A stretch of DNA of 64,000 bases from an uncultured Candidatus Saccharibacteria bacterium (GCA_964560525.1 CAZLLO010000004.1:530-64529); one strand, 5' to 3'; numbered from the stretch's first letter, positions 47,640 through 56,487 are shown. Made by a program: numbers and translations. The notes: a model not told the origin generated them from the letters alone.

Positions 47640-49355
47640 TTACCAACTTCCACCACCACCACCACCAAATCCACCACCACTACTTCCTCCACTAAAACCG
47701 CTAAACCCTGACCCACCTTTTGAAGAAGCAAACCCATTAGCACTATTACTTGGTGTCGCATGAGAAACAACTTGTTGGTTCATATGGTTTAGAGAGTTCA
47801 TCATGAGGTAAGAGTTAAACATATTTGTGTCACCTTCATACCAATATGGCTGTTCGGTGTATATGTCTTCAAACTCTTTTGCCCATTTCTTTTCTAATCC
47901 AAAGATCATTGCGTAGGGAAGAAGTTTCTCAAAAAGGCCAAGATATTTCTTGGGATTATCATGGAATTCAATTCTGTGCTGTTCTGCGGTCTTAATGTAA
48001 AGTTTCAAGCCCTCTAATTCGTAGAAGATCTCATTGCCTTCCTTTGTTCGTTTATCTATTTGGTATGCAAATATGAAAACTATTACGAAAGAAATTAGTA
48101 AGCCAAATAACCAGCTGGCAGCTGCATTCTCTACAAAGTACCTTATTAGAAACAGGGTCAACGATATTGCGATGATTGCAATTACAAAGAAGATAGATTG
48201 TATTTTTCGCTGGTGAATAGAAAGATAGTTATCTTCATAAAGTTGATTATCAACAGAAGTTTTCAGTGTTTGAACAACATTGTAAAATTTGTTACTAAGA
48301 TTTTTTAAGCTCACAGTATCTTTACTACCAAACAATCCTTCGTACAGTATTTTCTCGTTTTTATCTTGTGGTGCCTCTTTTTCAGTTTTAATTAATTCAT
48401 AATCCTTCTTCGATACTTGCTTTATCTTAATATATTTATTTATTGCAAGATGGATTATCTGTGCAGTTATGGTGCTGTTAACAAGGTTCTTCTTGAAAAG
48501 ATATCCAGCAGTTAACGGATTAAAACCTTTAGGAACATCATAGTTTGGAATAACTGTGATCTTTTTATTTTTATTGATAATAGGAGAAAGGATCAATACA
48601 ACAATGATTGCCAAAATAGGAAGAAAGAAACCGAGATTTGCGAATATTGTTTGTACCCTTTGCTGATTTGTTGTGTCTGCTATTGTGCCCTTTGGCATGG
48701 CTAGAACAACGGTAAGTCCCTCATATGTATTAAGATTGTTTGCTTTCACAGACACCTTATTCCCCCCAAGTTCCGTAAATGTGCAATTTGACTCTGTAGA
48801 ATCTGTGGTACCTGTATAGCAAAGTTTATCTGTGATTTCTCCTGGTACTATGATATTAGCAATTACCTCATTTATGGGAACTTCCCATCCAGTACCTGTG
48901 ACATTTATATATAGTTCATCATGGTCATCAAAATAATTGATTGCATATATCAATTTATAGTCTAAAACAAAGGTATAATCTCCTGTAATAGTGGTATCTG
49001 CATCTCCAATTTTGAATATCACATATCCGTTATTAGTACTTCTATCATATGATGTAAATTGATCATTCGGGAAATCCTTCTGAAAATAGTAAAGGTCGTT
49101 AAGTTTTAATAGTGTTGGTCTTTTAAAGGATCCAGATGTCTTGTAGCTGACAGGAATTTCTCTGTATATTCCATGCCTTGCGAAAGTGAAGTGATAGTCT
49201 ATTTTCTCATTTATAGAAATGGACGCGTCTTGGTTAAGTGTTATCTCGCTATTAAACGTCTTAACATAATCGGTATATTCTTCTGCAAATATTTTTGTAG
49301 GTAATATTGAAACAATACCCAACACTAGTGAAAGCGCAATGAATAGCTTCTTCAT
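47640..49355 (-). CDS. DUF2207-family membrane protein with Gly-rich C-terminal tail
   Basis: Signal peptide, extracellular domain, TMs, tail GGSGFSGFSGGSSGGGFGGGGGGSW. Conserved partner of LemA. Confidence 0.65.
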   Translation of the reverse strand: MKKLFIALSLVLGIVSILPTKIFAEEYTDYVKTFNSEITLNQDASISINEKIDYHFTFARHGIYREIPVSYKTSGSFKRPTLLKLNDLYYFQKDFPNDQFTSYDRSTNNGYVIFKIGDADTTITGDYTFVLDYKLIYAINYFDDHDELYINVTGTGWEVPINEVIANIIVPGEITDKLCYTGTTDSTESNCTFTELGGNKVSVKANNLNTYEGLTVVLAMPKGTIADTTNQQRVQTIFANLGFFLPILAIIVVLILSPIINKNKKITVIPNYDVPKGFNPLTAGYLFKKNLVNSTITAQIIHLAINKYIKIKQVSKKDYELIKTEKEAPQDKNEKILYEGLFGSKDTVSLKNLSNKFYNVVQTLKTSVDNQLYEDNYLSIHQRKIQSIFFVIAIIAISLTLFLIRYFVENAAASWLFGLLISFVIVFIFAYQIDKRTKEGNEIFYELEGLKLYIKTAEQHRIEFHDNPKKYLGLFEKLLPYAMIFGLEKKWAKEFEDIYTEQPYWYEGDTNMFNSYLMMNSLNHMNQQVVSHATPSNSANGFASSKGGSGFSGFSGGSSGGGFGGGGGGSW

Positions 49356-49365
49356 ATTTTTCCTA

Positions 49366-49917
49366 TTAGAACTTTATTTCAACATTCTTTTGCTCTTCAT
49401 CTGTTGCTTCAAAGAATGGTTCTGCCTTAAATCCAAACATTCCAGCTAAGATATTGTTTGGGAAGACGACGATCATCGTATTAAAGTCTCTAACAGTACC
49501 ATTGTAAAATCTTCTAGATTTTTGAATATTATCTTCTAAATCCTTTAAACTTGCCTGTAAATCTAAGAAGTTGGTATTTGCTTTCAATTCGGGGTAATTT
49601 TCTGCTAATGCAAATATTTTAGAGAGACCCTTTGAAAGTTGATCTTCCAATCCAGCTTTTTCTTCAAATGATTCCGATGACATTGCCTTGTTTCTTAACT
49701 CTGTAACAGCTTCGAATGTACCTTTTTCATGCTGAGCATAGCCTTTTACAATCTCTACAAGATTAGGAATCATGTCATATCTTTGTTTAAGAATTGTTTC
49801 AATATCTGCTGAAGCTTCGCTTATTAAAACTTTTTGCTTTGAAAGTCTGTTGTAAAGAGATACCAGGATTATTGCTAAGAGCAATACGATTCCTAATGTT
49901 ATGTACAGCGCTGTCAT
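49366..49917 (-). CDS. lemA: LemA-family protein
   Basis: N-terminal TM then LYNRLSKQKVLISEASADIETILKQRYDMIPNLVE. Confidence 0.75.
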   Translation of the reverse strand: MTALYITLGIVLLLAIILVSLYNRLSKQKVLISEASADIETILKQRYDMIPNLVEIVKGYAQHEKGTFEAVTELRNKAMSSESFEEKAGLEDQLSKGLSKIFALAENYPELKANTNFLDLQASLKDLEDNIQKSRRFYNGTVRDFNTMIVVFPNNILAGMFGFKAEPFFEATDEEQKNVEIKF

Positions 49918-49974
49918 TTTTGTATTTATTCAACTTATATCTTTCTATTTTAGATTCTTTCAATATGGAATGCA

Positions 49975-50008
49975 ACATAAAAAGAAACCCCTCCGATGGA
50001 GGGGTTAT
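49975..50008 (-). terminator. Rho-independent terminator downstream of the lysine-rich small gene
   Basis: Stem AACCCCTCC (49986-49994) / GGAGGGGTT (49998-50006), 3-nt loop. On the minus strand a T-tract follows (plus-strand AAAAAGAAA at 49977-49985). Confidence 0.6.
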
Positions 50009-50030
50009 ACATGCGAATTGTAAGTACGGA

Positions 50031-50225
50031 CTATTTCTTCTTAGCTACCTTTTTTGTAGCTTTCTTTTTAACAACTTTCTTTGCAGTTGTTTTCTTTACA
50101 GCCTTTTTAGCAACTTTTTTCTTTGCTACTTTTTTTACAGCTTTTTTGACAACTTTCTTTTTCATTGTCTTTTTTGCTGCTGGCTTTTTAACAACCTTTT
50201 TCTTTGTTGTTTTAGCTTTGGGCAT
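50031..50225 (-). CDS. Lysine/alanine-rich histone-H1-like basic protein (64 aa)
   Basis: MPKAKTTKKKVVKKPAAKKTMKKKVVKKAVKKVAKKKVAKKAVKK... is a periodic K-V/A repeat. Followed by a strong terminator. The overlapping plus-strand ORFs are its poly-Phe antisense. Confidence 0.45.
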   Translation of the reverse strand: MPKAKTTKKKVVKKPAAKKTMKKKVVKKAVKKVAKKKVAKKAVKKTTAKKVVKKKATKKVAKKK

Positions 50226-50317
50226 TTTTGTAAAGCTAATAGATTAATACTATTAATTTAACACTTGGGGAATGTTTGTCAATATCTTCGAGGGGAGGAT
50301 CAGTTACTGGTTATTTA

Positions 50318-50563
50318 CTATATTGATTCTTCACTACTGAATTCGAAGTATTTGAAACTTGCATCTTCGTGAGAAGCAGATTCTAGTATATATATTATGA
50401 ATGGCTCAACGTCACTGGTTCGACTTATTTTTCCATTCTCATTAAGACCAGAGGTGCAAGCGTAGCCAGGGGCTCCGCAGGTTACTATAACAGGGAACAT
50501 TATTACGAAGATAATGATTGCAAGAATAATAATCAATGTTCGGTTTCTTTTTTTTGTATACAT
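50318..50563 (-). CDS. Hypothetical small membrane protein (81 aa)
   Basis: Basic N-terminus plus one TM (LIIILAIIIFVIMFPVIV). Confidence 0.3.
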   Translation of the reverse strand: MYTKKRNRTLIIILAIIIFVIMFPVIVTCGAPGYACTSGLNENGKISRTSDVEPFIIYILESASHEDASFKYFEFSSEESI

Positions 50564-50587
50564 CTATTTATTTGTAAATTTATCTTC

Positions 50588-51580
50588 CTATTTTAATATT
50601 GTAATCAGGGTATATGCAAGGTAACCTAGAATCATAACAAGACCAGAGATTTTGCTCAATGTTTTATTTCTCCCAAGGAGTTTCATTTCGGCAAGAATAA
50701 GTATAACCATCACAGCACCGTATAGATTTACAAAGAAAGTGTCGTTCATTACACCTGCCCCCACGTTAAATGGTTTAAGGATTGCTAATAGGCCTATACC
50801 TAACCCTAAATTTAGAATATTTCCACCAAATACATTCCCAACAATAAGATCATTATTTCCTTTTTTTGCTGCTACGATACTAGCTACGATTGTAGGAATG
50901 GAAGTACCTATACCTACAAGAGTTAAACCTAATATATAGCTACTAATCCCTGTGGCTTGAGAGAAAATCGGAGTAAGCAGAGTTATACCAAGTGATGCGA
51001 CTAAGATAACTAAGATCAATATCGCGATACTAAATAGCTGTTTCCCGACATCCGTAGCATCAACTTTATGATGTTTCAGTCCTACAACATTTTTAAAATC
51101 TTCCTCAGTATCTTTGTTTTTATGTAGATATCCATATTGAATAATAATGACCCATGCAGCCACTAAGAAAAGAACTAAAATAATTCCATCGACCCTGGAT
51201 ATTTGTCCATCTATTATTAATGCAGTAAAGAGAGCAGTAATTGCAAAGTACAAGGGAATTTCTTTTTCAAATACTTCTTGCTTTACCATGATTGTCGTCA
51301 TAAAGGCTGGAATACCTAAAGCAAGGCCAAGATTTACATAGTTAGTACCTATGAGATTACCTAGAGCGATATCTTGTTGATTCCCAATGAATGCCATGAT
51401 ACTTACAAGTAGAGTTGGAGCTCCTGTTGTTAATGCTACAAGAGTTGTTCCAATGAGTATGTCACTTACACCAATATTCCTCGCAAGTTTGATGGAAATA
51501 TTTACAAGATATTTTCCACTAAAGGTTAATATGATAAAGCAGACAATGAGTCCAAGTGTAGATAATAGAAACGCTGACAT
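50588..51580 (-). CDS. CaCA-family Na+/Ca2+ exchanger, second paralogue
   Basis: Alpha-repeat signatures ALTTGAPTLLVSI and IGTSIPTIVASI. Start moved to Met at 51580 because the track start (51619) overlaps tRNA-Pro. Confidence 0.6.
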   Translation of the reverse strand: MSAFLLSTLGLIVCFIILTFSGKYLVNISIKLARNIGVSDILIGTTLVALTTGAPTLLVSIMAFIGNQQDIALGNLIGTNYVNLGLALGIPAFMTTIMVKQEVFEKEIPLYFAITALFTALIIDGQISRVDGIILVLFLVAAWVIIIQYGYLHKNKDTEEDFKNVVGLKHHKVDATDVGKQLFSIAILILVILVASLGITLLTPIFSQATGISSYILGLTLVGIGTSIPTIVASIVAAKKGNNDLIVGNVFGGNILNLGLGIGLLAILKPFNVGAGVMNDTFFVNLYGAVMVILILAEMKLLGRNKTLSKISGLVMILGYLAYTLITILK

Positions 51581-51607
51581 ATGAGCAGATTGATCAAATA
51601 TAGAATA

Positions 51608-51681
51608 TCGGGGTGACACGACTTGAACGTGCGACCTCTGCGTCCCAAACGCAGCGTTCTAGCCAACTGAACTACACCCCG
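51608..51681 (-). tRNA. tRNA-Pro (anticodon TGG)
   Basis: CGGGGTGTAGTTCAGTTGGCTAGAACGCTGCGTTTGGGACGCAGAGGTCGCACGTTCAAGTCGTGTCACCCCGA: D-stem GTTC/GAAC, anticodon stem CTGCG/CGCAG, loop TTTGGGA with G37, T-arm GCACG-TTCAAGT-CGTGT. Confidence 0.85.
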
Positions 51682-51708
51682 ATAACTGTGTGATTTTAAC
51701 ATAACATA

Positions 51709-51743
51709 TCAAAAGAAAAAAGGGAGATGTTTAGTCTCCCTTT
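51709..51743 (-). terminator. Rho-independent terminator downstream of the 51769..52104 gene
   Basis: Stem AAAGGGAGA / TCTCCCTTT with loop TGTTTAG. Minus-strand reading gives the hairpin followed by TTTTTCTTTTG. Confidence 0.55.
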
Positions 51744-51768
51744 AAATAACAATTCAAAAATGACTTCT

Positions 51769-52104
51769 TTATATTGCAGAGAGTAGCTTTAGAGCTAAAT
51801 CTGTTACTACGGGGATATCAAATCTCTCACCCTTGTATGCTTTAACCATACCAACAATCATCAATACCAATGTAAGTGGTGCAAGCAACCAACCTATGAT
51901 TGGAACCCATGTGAAGAGTTGTAAAACTCCAACCAATGTATATTGAGCACCCATATATCTAACAAAATCATCATCTTTCTCAACTAACATAAGGATAAGA
52001 CCAACAATAGGAATACATGCGAGTACACCCATCCATTGGTTCTTTTCATTATACTTAATACCGTCTAATGTAAAAACTTTCTTTGCTTTTTTCTCTGTAG
52101 CCAT
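51769..52104 (-). CDS. DUF4870-like small membrane protein
   Basis: Two TM helices, ...KAYKGERFDIPVV tail typical of this family. Confidence 0.4.
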   Translation of the reverse strand: MATEKKAKKVFTLDGIKYNEKNQWMGVLACIPIVGLILMLVEKDDDFVRYMGAQYTLVGVLQLFTWVPIIGWLLAPLTLVLMIVGMVKAYKGERFDIPVVTDLALKLLSAI

Positions 52105-52165
52105 AGTTACTAATTAAATAAATTATATTTCCTAAGGATACAATCACTTTTCTCCATTTGCAAGG

Positions 52166-52252
52166 GGTATACTATAAGTAGTTGCAGGGACATGGTGTAG
52201 AGGTATACTGGTATATATAAATTATTAACATAATATATATGGGAGGTATACT
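52166..52252 (+). promoter_or_regulatory. Cluster of GGTATACT / GTATAC palindromic elements spanning the lexA promoter and start codon; candidate LexA operator(s)
   Basis: GGTATACT at 52166-52173, 52202-52209 and 52245-52252, plus the inverted repeat TATAC-TG-GTATA at 52204-52215. Confidence 0.3.
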
Positions 52253-52895
52253 GACAGGGAAACAAGAATTAGTGCTTAAAGCTATTAGAGATTTTTTCTT
52301 AGAAAATAGCTATGCACCATCATTATCAGAGCTGCAAAAGCTTTTAGGAATTTCTACTAAGCGTGGAGTTGTAATACATTTAATGGCGCTGGAGAAGAAG
52401 GGGTATATCATTAGAACTAATGAACCAAGGGGTATACGTTTAGTAGACGAAAATGACGAGGCTATTAGTTTTGAATATCTGGTAGGTATACCTATCTTAG
52501 GGTATGTAAACGCTGGAACACCACTTGTGAGTGCTGAAGAAGAGAACTTAGGTGTAATAAAGGTGCAAGATAATTTATTAGGCAAAATAAAGAAAGGATT
52601 GTTTTCAGTAATTGTAAAAGGAGACTCCATGAATGAAGAAATTGTTGGAGATACAAAGATATCAGATGGGAATTATCTAATAGTAGATAAGAACAGCACG
52701 GTTGAGGATGGTGATGTTGTCGTGGCGATTATAGAGAACTCTGCCACAGTAAAAAAGATAAAGAAAGATAAAGATATGATAGTTTTATATCCTCATTCTA
52801 GTAATCCCATACATCAGCCAATTTTCATAAACAGAGATTGGAGCGGTTTAATTAATGGGAAAGTAGTAAAAGTTCTCAAAAAACCAACTACCTAA
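52239..52895 (+). CDS. lexA: LexA repressor
   Basis: N-terminal wHTH (LSELQKLLGISTKRGVVIHLMALEKKGYI), Ala-Gly cleavage site (VNAGTP), S24 peptidase Ser (VKGDSMNE) and Lys (VKKIKKD). Confidence 0.85.
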   Translation: MGGILTGKQELVLKAIRDFFLENSYAPSLSELQKLLGISTKRGVVIHLMALEKKGYIIRTNEPRGIRLVDENDEAISFEYLVGIPILGYVNAGTPLVSAEEENLGVIKVQDNLLGKIKKGLFSVIVKGDSMNEEIVGDTKISDGNYLIVDKNSTVEDGDVVVAIIENSATVKKIKKDKDMIVLYPHSSNPIHQPIFINRDWSGLINGKVVKVLKKPTT

Positions 52896-53586
52896 TCTCT
52901 ACATTTAGAACATAAGGCTTAATATTTCTCTTTAGGGTTCTTAATTCTGCCTCTGTAAAAGAATTCGTAGAAGAAAGAGTAGGGTTTATTGTCTTACCAG
53001 GTCTAAAATTTTGTACATAGTACTGTTTAGCCCCTTTGATCATTTGACCAATACTTATTGAAGAGTTTGTATCGTGTATTCCTTTGACATAAGTAGTTCT
53101 AAATTCGTAATCAACGCCAGAGTTCATAATAGTAGAGATAGATTCACTAATTTTCTTTAGTGTATTTTCACCGGTATATGTAGTGTAGTCTTTTTCTGGA
53201 TATTTGATATCCATGGAGACATAGTCTAAAAGGTTTTTCTTAAGAAGATTTGAGAGTTTCTTAGGAAGGAGGCCATTAGTATCAAGTTTAACTAGATAGC
53301 CCATGTCCTTGATTTTAATAACAAAATCCTCCAGCTCATCGTACAAAAGAGGTTCTCCTCCAGTAATGACTACTGCATCTAGCTTCCCTGTACGACTCTT
53401 TAAGAATCTTAATACTTTCTCATTATCAAAAGTATCTTCTTCTTTGAGTTCATGAATGACTAATTCAGGATTATGACAATACTCACACCTTAAATTACAG
53501 CCATGTGTGAATATTATGGCAGAAATCTTGCCAGGGTAGTCAATTAACGAAACTTTTTCTAAGCCTGCGATTCTGAACATGGACAT
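52888..53586 (-). CDS. nrdG: Anaerobic ribonucleoside-triphosphate reductase activating protein (radical SAM)
   Basis: CNLRCEYCHNPEL (CxxxCxxC) cluster near the N-terminus. Lies in the nrdD operon. Confidence 0.85.
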   Translation of the reverse strand: MSMFRIAGLEKVSLIDYPGKISAIIFTHGCNLRCEYCHNPELVIHELKEEDTFDNEKVLRFLKSRTGKLDAVVITGGEPLLYDELEDFVIKIKDMGYLVKLDTNGLLPKKLSNLLKKNLLDYVSMDIKYPEKDYTTYTGENTLKKISESISTIMNSGVDYEFRTTYVKGIHDTNSSISIGQMIKGAKQYYVQNFRPGKTINPTLSSTNSFTEAELRTLKRNIKPYVLNVEIR

Positions 53587-53714
53587 TCTGTCATTTTAAA
53601 GAATTTTCTATCTCCCCATTCAGCCTGCTTCCCTACGTTCCATTGGCTTACAGGTCTGATATATCCTACAACTCTAGAATATACCTCACATCTTTGTCTT
53701 GTAACTTTCTTCAT
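53559..53714 (-). CDS. 51-aa micro-ORF carrying the class III RNR (NrdD) glycyl-radical motif, separate from and out of frame with nrdD
   Basis: Translation MKKVTRQRCEVYSRVVGYIRPVSQWNVGKQAEWGDRKFFKMTECPCSESQA. SRVVGYIRPVSQWNVGKQAE matches the NrdD C-terminal glycyl-radical consensus (RVxGY...P..N.GKQ.E..R). 28-nt AT-rich spacer with stops in all three frames separates it from the nrdD stop. Confidence 0.5.
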   Translation of the reverse strand: MKKVTRQRCEVYSRVVGYIRPVSQWNVGKQAEWGDRKFFKMTECPCSESQA

Positions 53715-53742
53715 ATTATTGGGCAATTAATTTAAATATATA

Positions 53743-55806
53743 CTAAATAACTTCATCAAACTCCATACCATCTCTATAACCAACCTCAATATCACACTTA
53801 GGACAGTACCTATGTTCTCCAGGTATATACCCATGTTTAGGACATACACTAAAGGTAGGAGTTAAAGAGAAATATGGTAATTTGTAATTTTCTGCTATCT
53901 TCCTGACTAGATTCTTTACGCTTGTAGGAGAAGAAATCTTCTCACCAATATACAAATGCAACACTGTGCCACCTGTATATTTACATTGATATTCATCTTG
54001 TTTATCTAAAGCTTCAAAAATATCATCGGTAAAATTCACAGGAAGCTGAGAACTATTTGTATAGTAGGGAATAGCTCCAGGTTTCTCAACCATATCCGCC
54101 GCAGTTATAATATCGGGGAACTTCTTTTTATCTGCTTTTGCAAACTTGTAGGTAGCACCCTCACCAGGAGATGCCTCTAGATTAAACATTTGATTGGTCT
54201 TAGCCTGGTAATCCATTAGTTTCTCTCTCATATGGTCCATTATTTCTAACCCAAACTCTCGACCTTCTTCAGAAGTTATACCCTTGTCTCTATCCTTGAA
54301 GAAGTTTACTAGAGATTCATTCAATCCTAATATACCAATAGTATTGAAGTGATTCTTGTAATATTCTCCAAATCTTTTTTTAACATCTGCAAGATAGAAC
54401 TTGGAGTATGGGTAAAGCCCTTTCTCTGTATACTTCTCGATGAAATCACGCTTTATGAGCAAACTCTCCTTTGCCAGCTCCATCATACGATCCAATCTCT
54501 CGAAATATTCCTTCTTTGTTTTACTCAAATACCCGATCTTAGGTAAATTAATTGTCACAACACCTAAACTCCCTGTTAAAGGATTGGCACCAAAGAGACC
54601 ACCACCTCTTTTTCTAAGTTCTCTGTTATCTAATCTCAACCTACAACACATACTTCTAGCATCATCAGGATTCATATCGGAATTGATGAAGTTAGAGAAG
54701 TAAGGGATACCGTATTTAGCTGTCATCTCCCATACAGGTTTGTAGTTGGGATTCTCCCAATCAAAATTCTTAGTAATATTGTATGTAGGTATTGGGAAAG
54801 AGAATAATCTTCCTTGAGAATCACCCTCCATCATTACTTCACAGAAAGCTCTATTTAACATACCCATTTCTTCTGTGAAATCTTTGTATTTCTCCTTTTG
54901 AACCTTTCCTCCTATGATTACACCCTGCTCAGCTAAAATTCCTGAAGGAATTAAATCCATTGTGATATTGGTAAAAGGTGTTTGGCATCCTACTCTTGTA
55001 GGTACATTCATGTTATACAAGAATTCTTGCATCTTTTGCTTAACCTCTTTGTAGGTTAATTTGTCATATCTGATAAAAGGAGCTAGATAGGTATCAAAAC
55101 TAGAAAAGGCTTGGGCTCCAGCTGCCTCATGCTGCAAGGTGTAGAAGAAGTTAACACATTGACCAAGAGCTGCACCAAGATGTTTTGCAGGCCCAGAAGA
55201 TATCTTACCAGAAACACCTGTGAAGCCTTTTAGAAGCAAATCCTCTAAACTCCAACCACAACAATATACTGCCAACATACCAAGATCATGGATATGAATA
55301 TCCTTATCTATATTCGCGTTTGATATTTCTTTGGGATATATACTGTGAAGCCAATAGTTAGCTTGAATTGTAGAAGATAGGTAGTTATTTAAACCTTGCC
55401 ATGAGTAGGTCATGTTGCTATTTTCGTTTACCTGCCAATCAAGCTGATCAATATATCCTCTAACAAGAGTATCAGCATCTACAAGAGATTTGATATTCAT
55501 TACCTGATTCTTTAAATCCACGAAAAGCCCAAATGCAATAGATGTTTTTCCATGGCCCATATCTATTAAGACCTGTTTTACAACATCTGCTATTTCCTCT
55601 GTTTTAACATATTTTCGTTTAGGATATTTTGCTACTAGTCTTGCTATCACCTCATTAGTTATCTCTTCAGCTCTTTTTCTATCATGCCCGCCAACACTCT
55701 CTGCTGCCTTAAATACACCAGTAGAAATTCTTTCACTCTCAAACTTAACAATTCTTCCATCTCTCTTCTTGACCTGGAACGGGACTTGTTTTTTTAGGGC
55801 AGCCAT
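53743..55806 (-). CDS. nrdD: Anaerobic ribonucleoside-triphosphate reductase catalytic subunit (class III), ending after the Zn-ribbon without a canonical glycyl-radical tail
   Basis: N-terminal ATP-cone (KRDGRIVKFESERI), NrdD core, C-terminal Zn site CPKHG...YCPKCD. ORF stops 16 aa after the last Cys. Confidence 0.9.
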   Translation of the reverse strand: MAALKKQVPFQVKKRDGRIVKFESERISTGVFKAAESVGGHDRKRAEEITNEVIARLVAKYPKRKYVKTEEIADVVKQVLIDMGHGKTSIAFGLFVDLKNQVMNIKSLVDADTLVRGYIDQLDWQVNENSNMTYSWQGLNNYLSSTIQANYWLHSIYPKEISNANIDKDIHIHDLGMLAVYCCGWSLEDLLLKGFTGVSGKISSGPAKHLGAALGQCVNFFYTLQHEAAGAQAFSSFDTYLAPFIRYDKLTYKEVKQKMQEFLYNMNVPTRVGCQTPFTNITMDLIPSGILAEQGVIIGGKVQKEKYKDFTEEMGMLNRAFCEVMMEGDSQGRLFSFPIPTYNITKNFDWENPNYKPVWEMTAKYGIPYFSNFINSDMNPDDARSMCCRLRLDNRELRKRGGGLFGANPLTGSLGVVTINLPKIGYLSKTKKEYFERLDRMMELAKESLLIKRDFIEKYTEKGLYPYSKFYLADVKKRFGEYYKNHFNTIGILGLNESLVNFFKDRDKGITSEEGREFGLEIMDHMREKLMDYQAKTNQMFNLEASPGEGATYKFAKADKKKFPDIITAADMVEKPGAIPYYTNSSQLPVNFTDDIFEALDKQDEYQCKYTGGTVLHLYIGEKISSPTSVKNLVRKIAENYKLPYFSLTPTFSVCPKHGYIPGEHRYCPKCDIEVGYRDGMEFDEVI

Positions 55807-55824
55807 CTAGTGTGTATTAAAAAT

Positions 55825-56286
55825 TTAAAGTTTTTCTAAACTATTTATTTCTTCTTTAACATCATTAAGATCCTTAAATTCTTTGTAAACAGATGCAAAA
55901 CGAATATATGCCAATGGGTCTTTGTGTCTTAGCCACTCTAATATCATATGGCCAATTTCCTTTGAAGTAACAGGCTCTTCGCTGTTAATAACATACCTTT
56001 CAACCTCTTCTGCAAAATCCTCAACCTCTTGTGCACTAACAATATTTTCATTAATAGCTTTACGTACACCTTTTACTATTTTGTTTACGTCAAATATTTC
56101 TAAAGAGCCATCTTTCTTAACTATTGAAACATCCATTTTTTCGATTCTTTCATATGTAGTAAATCGTTTACCACATCTCAAACACTGACGTCTCCGTCGG
56201 GTTGAGCTATCTTCTCGATTATCTCGCTTGTCTACTACTTTCGTTGTATCGCAAGCACAAAATGGACATCTCATATTTTTATACAC
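55825..56286 (-). CDS. nrdR: Transcriptional repressor NrdR
   Basis: Zn-ribbon MRCPFCACDTTKVVDKR...QCLRCGKRFTTYE plus ATP-cone. Likely true start is MRCPFC at 56271. Confidence 0.85.
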   Translation of the reverse strand: MYKNMRCPFCACDTTKVVDKRDNREDSSTRRRRQCLRCGKRFTTYERIEKMDVSIVKKDGSLEIFDVNKIVKGVRKAINENIVSAQEVEDFAEEVERYVINSEEPVTSKEIGHMILEWLRHKDPLAYIRFASVYKEFKDLNDVKEEINSLEKL

Positions 56287-56298
56287 AACATATTGTGT
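56283..56298. promoter_or_regulatory. NrdR box (ACACAACATATTGTGT) at the nrdR-nrdD-nrdG operon start
   Basis: 15/16 match to the NrdR-box consensus acaCwAtATaTwGtgt, positioned at/just upstream of the nrdR start codon. Confidence 0.6.
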
Positions 56299-56487
56299 GT
56301 GTCTCTAAGCTACCCCCAACCAGTAGTATCGGTCAAGAGCCGATAGTGCACATGTTGTATAGTCATTGATTTATCAATACAACATACAGTAGGAAAATAT
56401 TACAGGACTAGTTATGGAATATATAAGACTTTGACTACATGAACAGAAGCAGATAACATATATAACTAAGTTTATAACTCAAAAATT

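Noticed and set aside
49794-50261. Plus-strand ORFs 49794..50261 and 49996..50247 (Phe/Leu-rich)
   Set aside because: Antisense translation of the lysine-codon repeats of the 50031..50225 gene. The terminator orientation supports the minus-strand gene.
53715-53745. Simple single-indel frameshift explanation for the nrdD / glycyl-radical micro-ORF split
   Set aside because: All three minus-strand frames have stop codons in the 28-nt spacer. One indel cannot fuse the ORFs, so more than one change, or a genuine split, is required.
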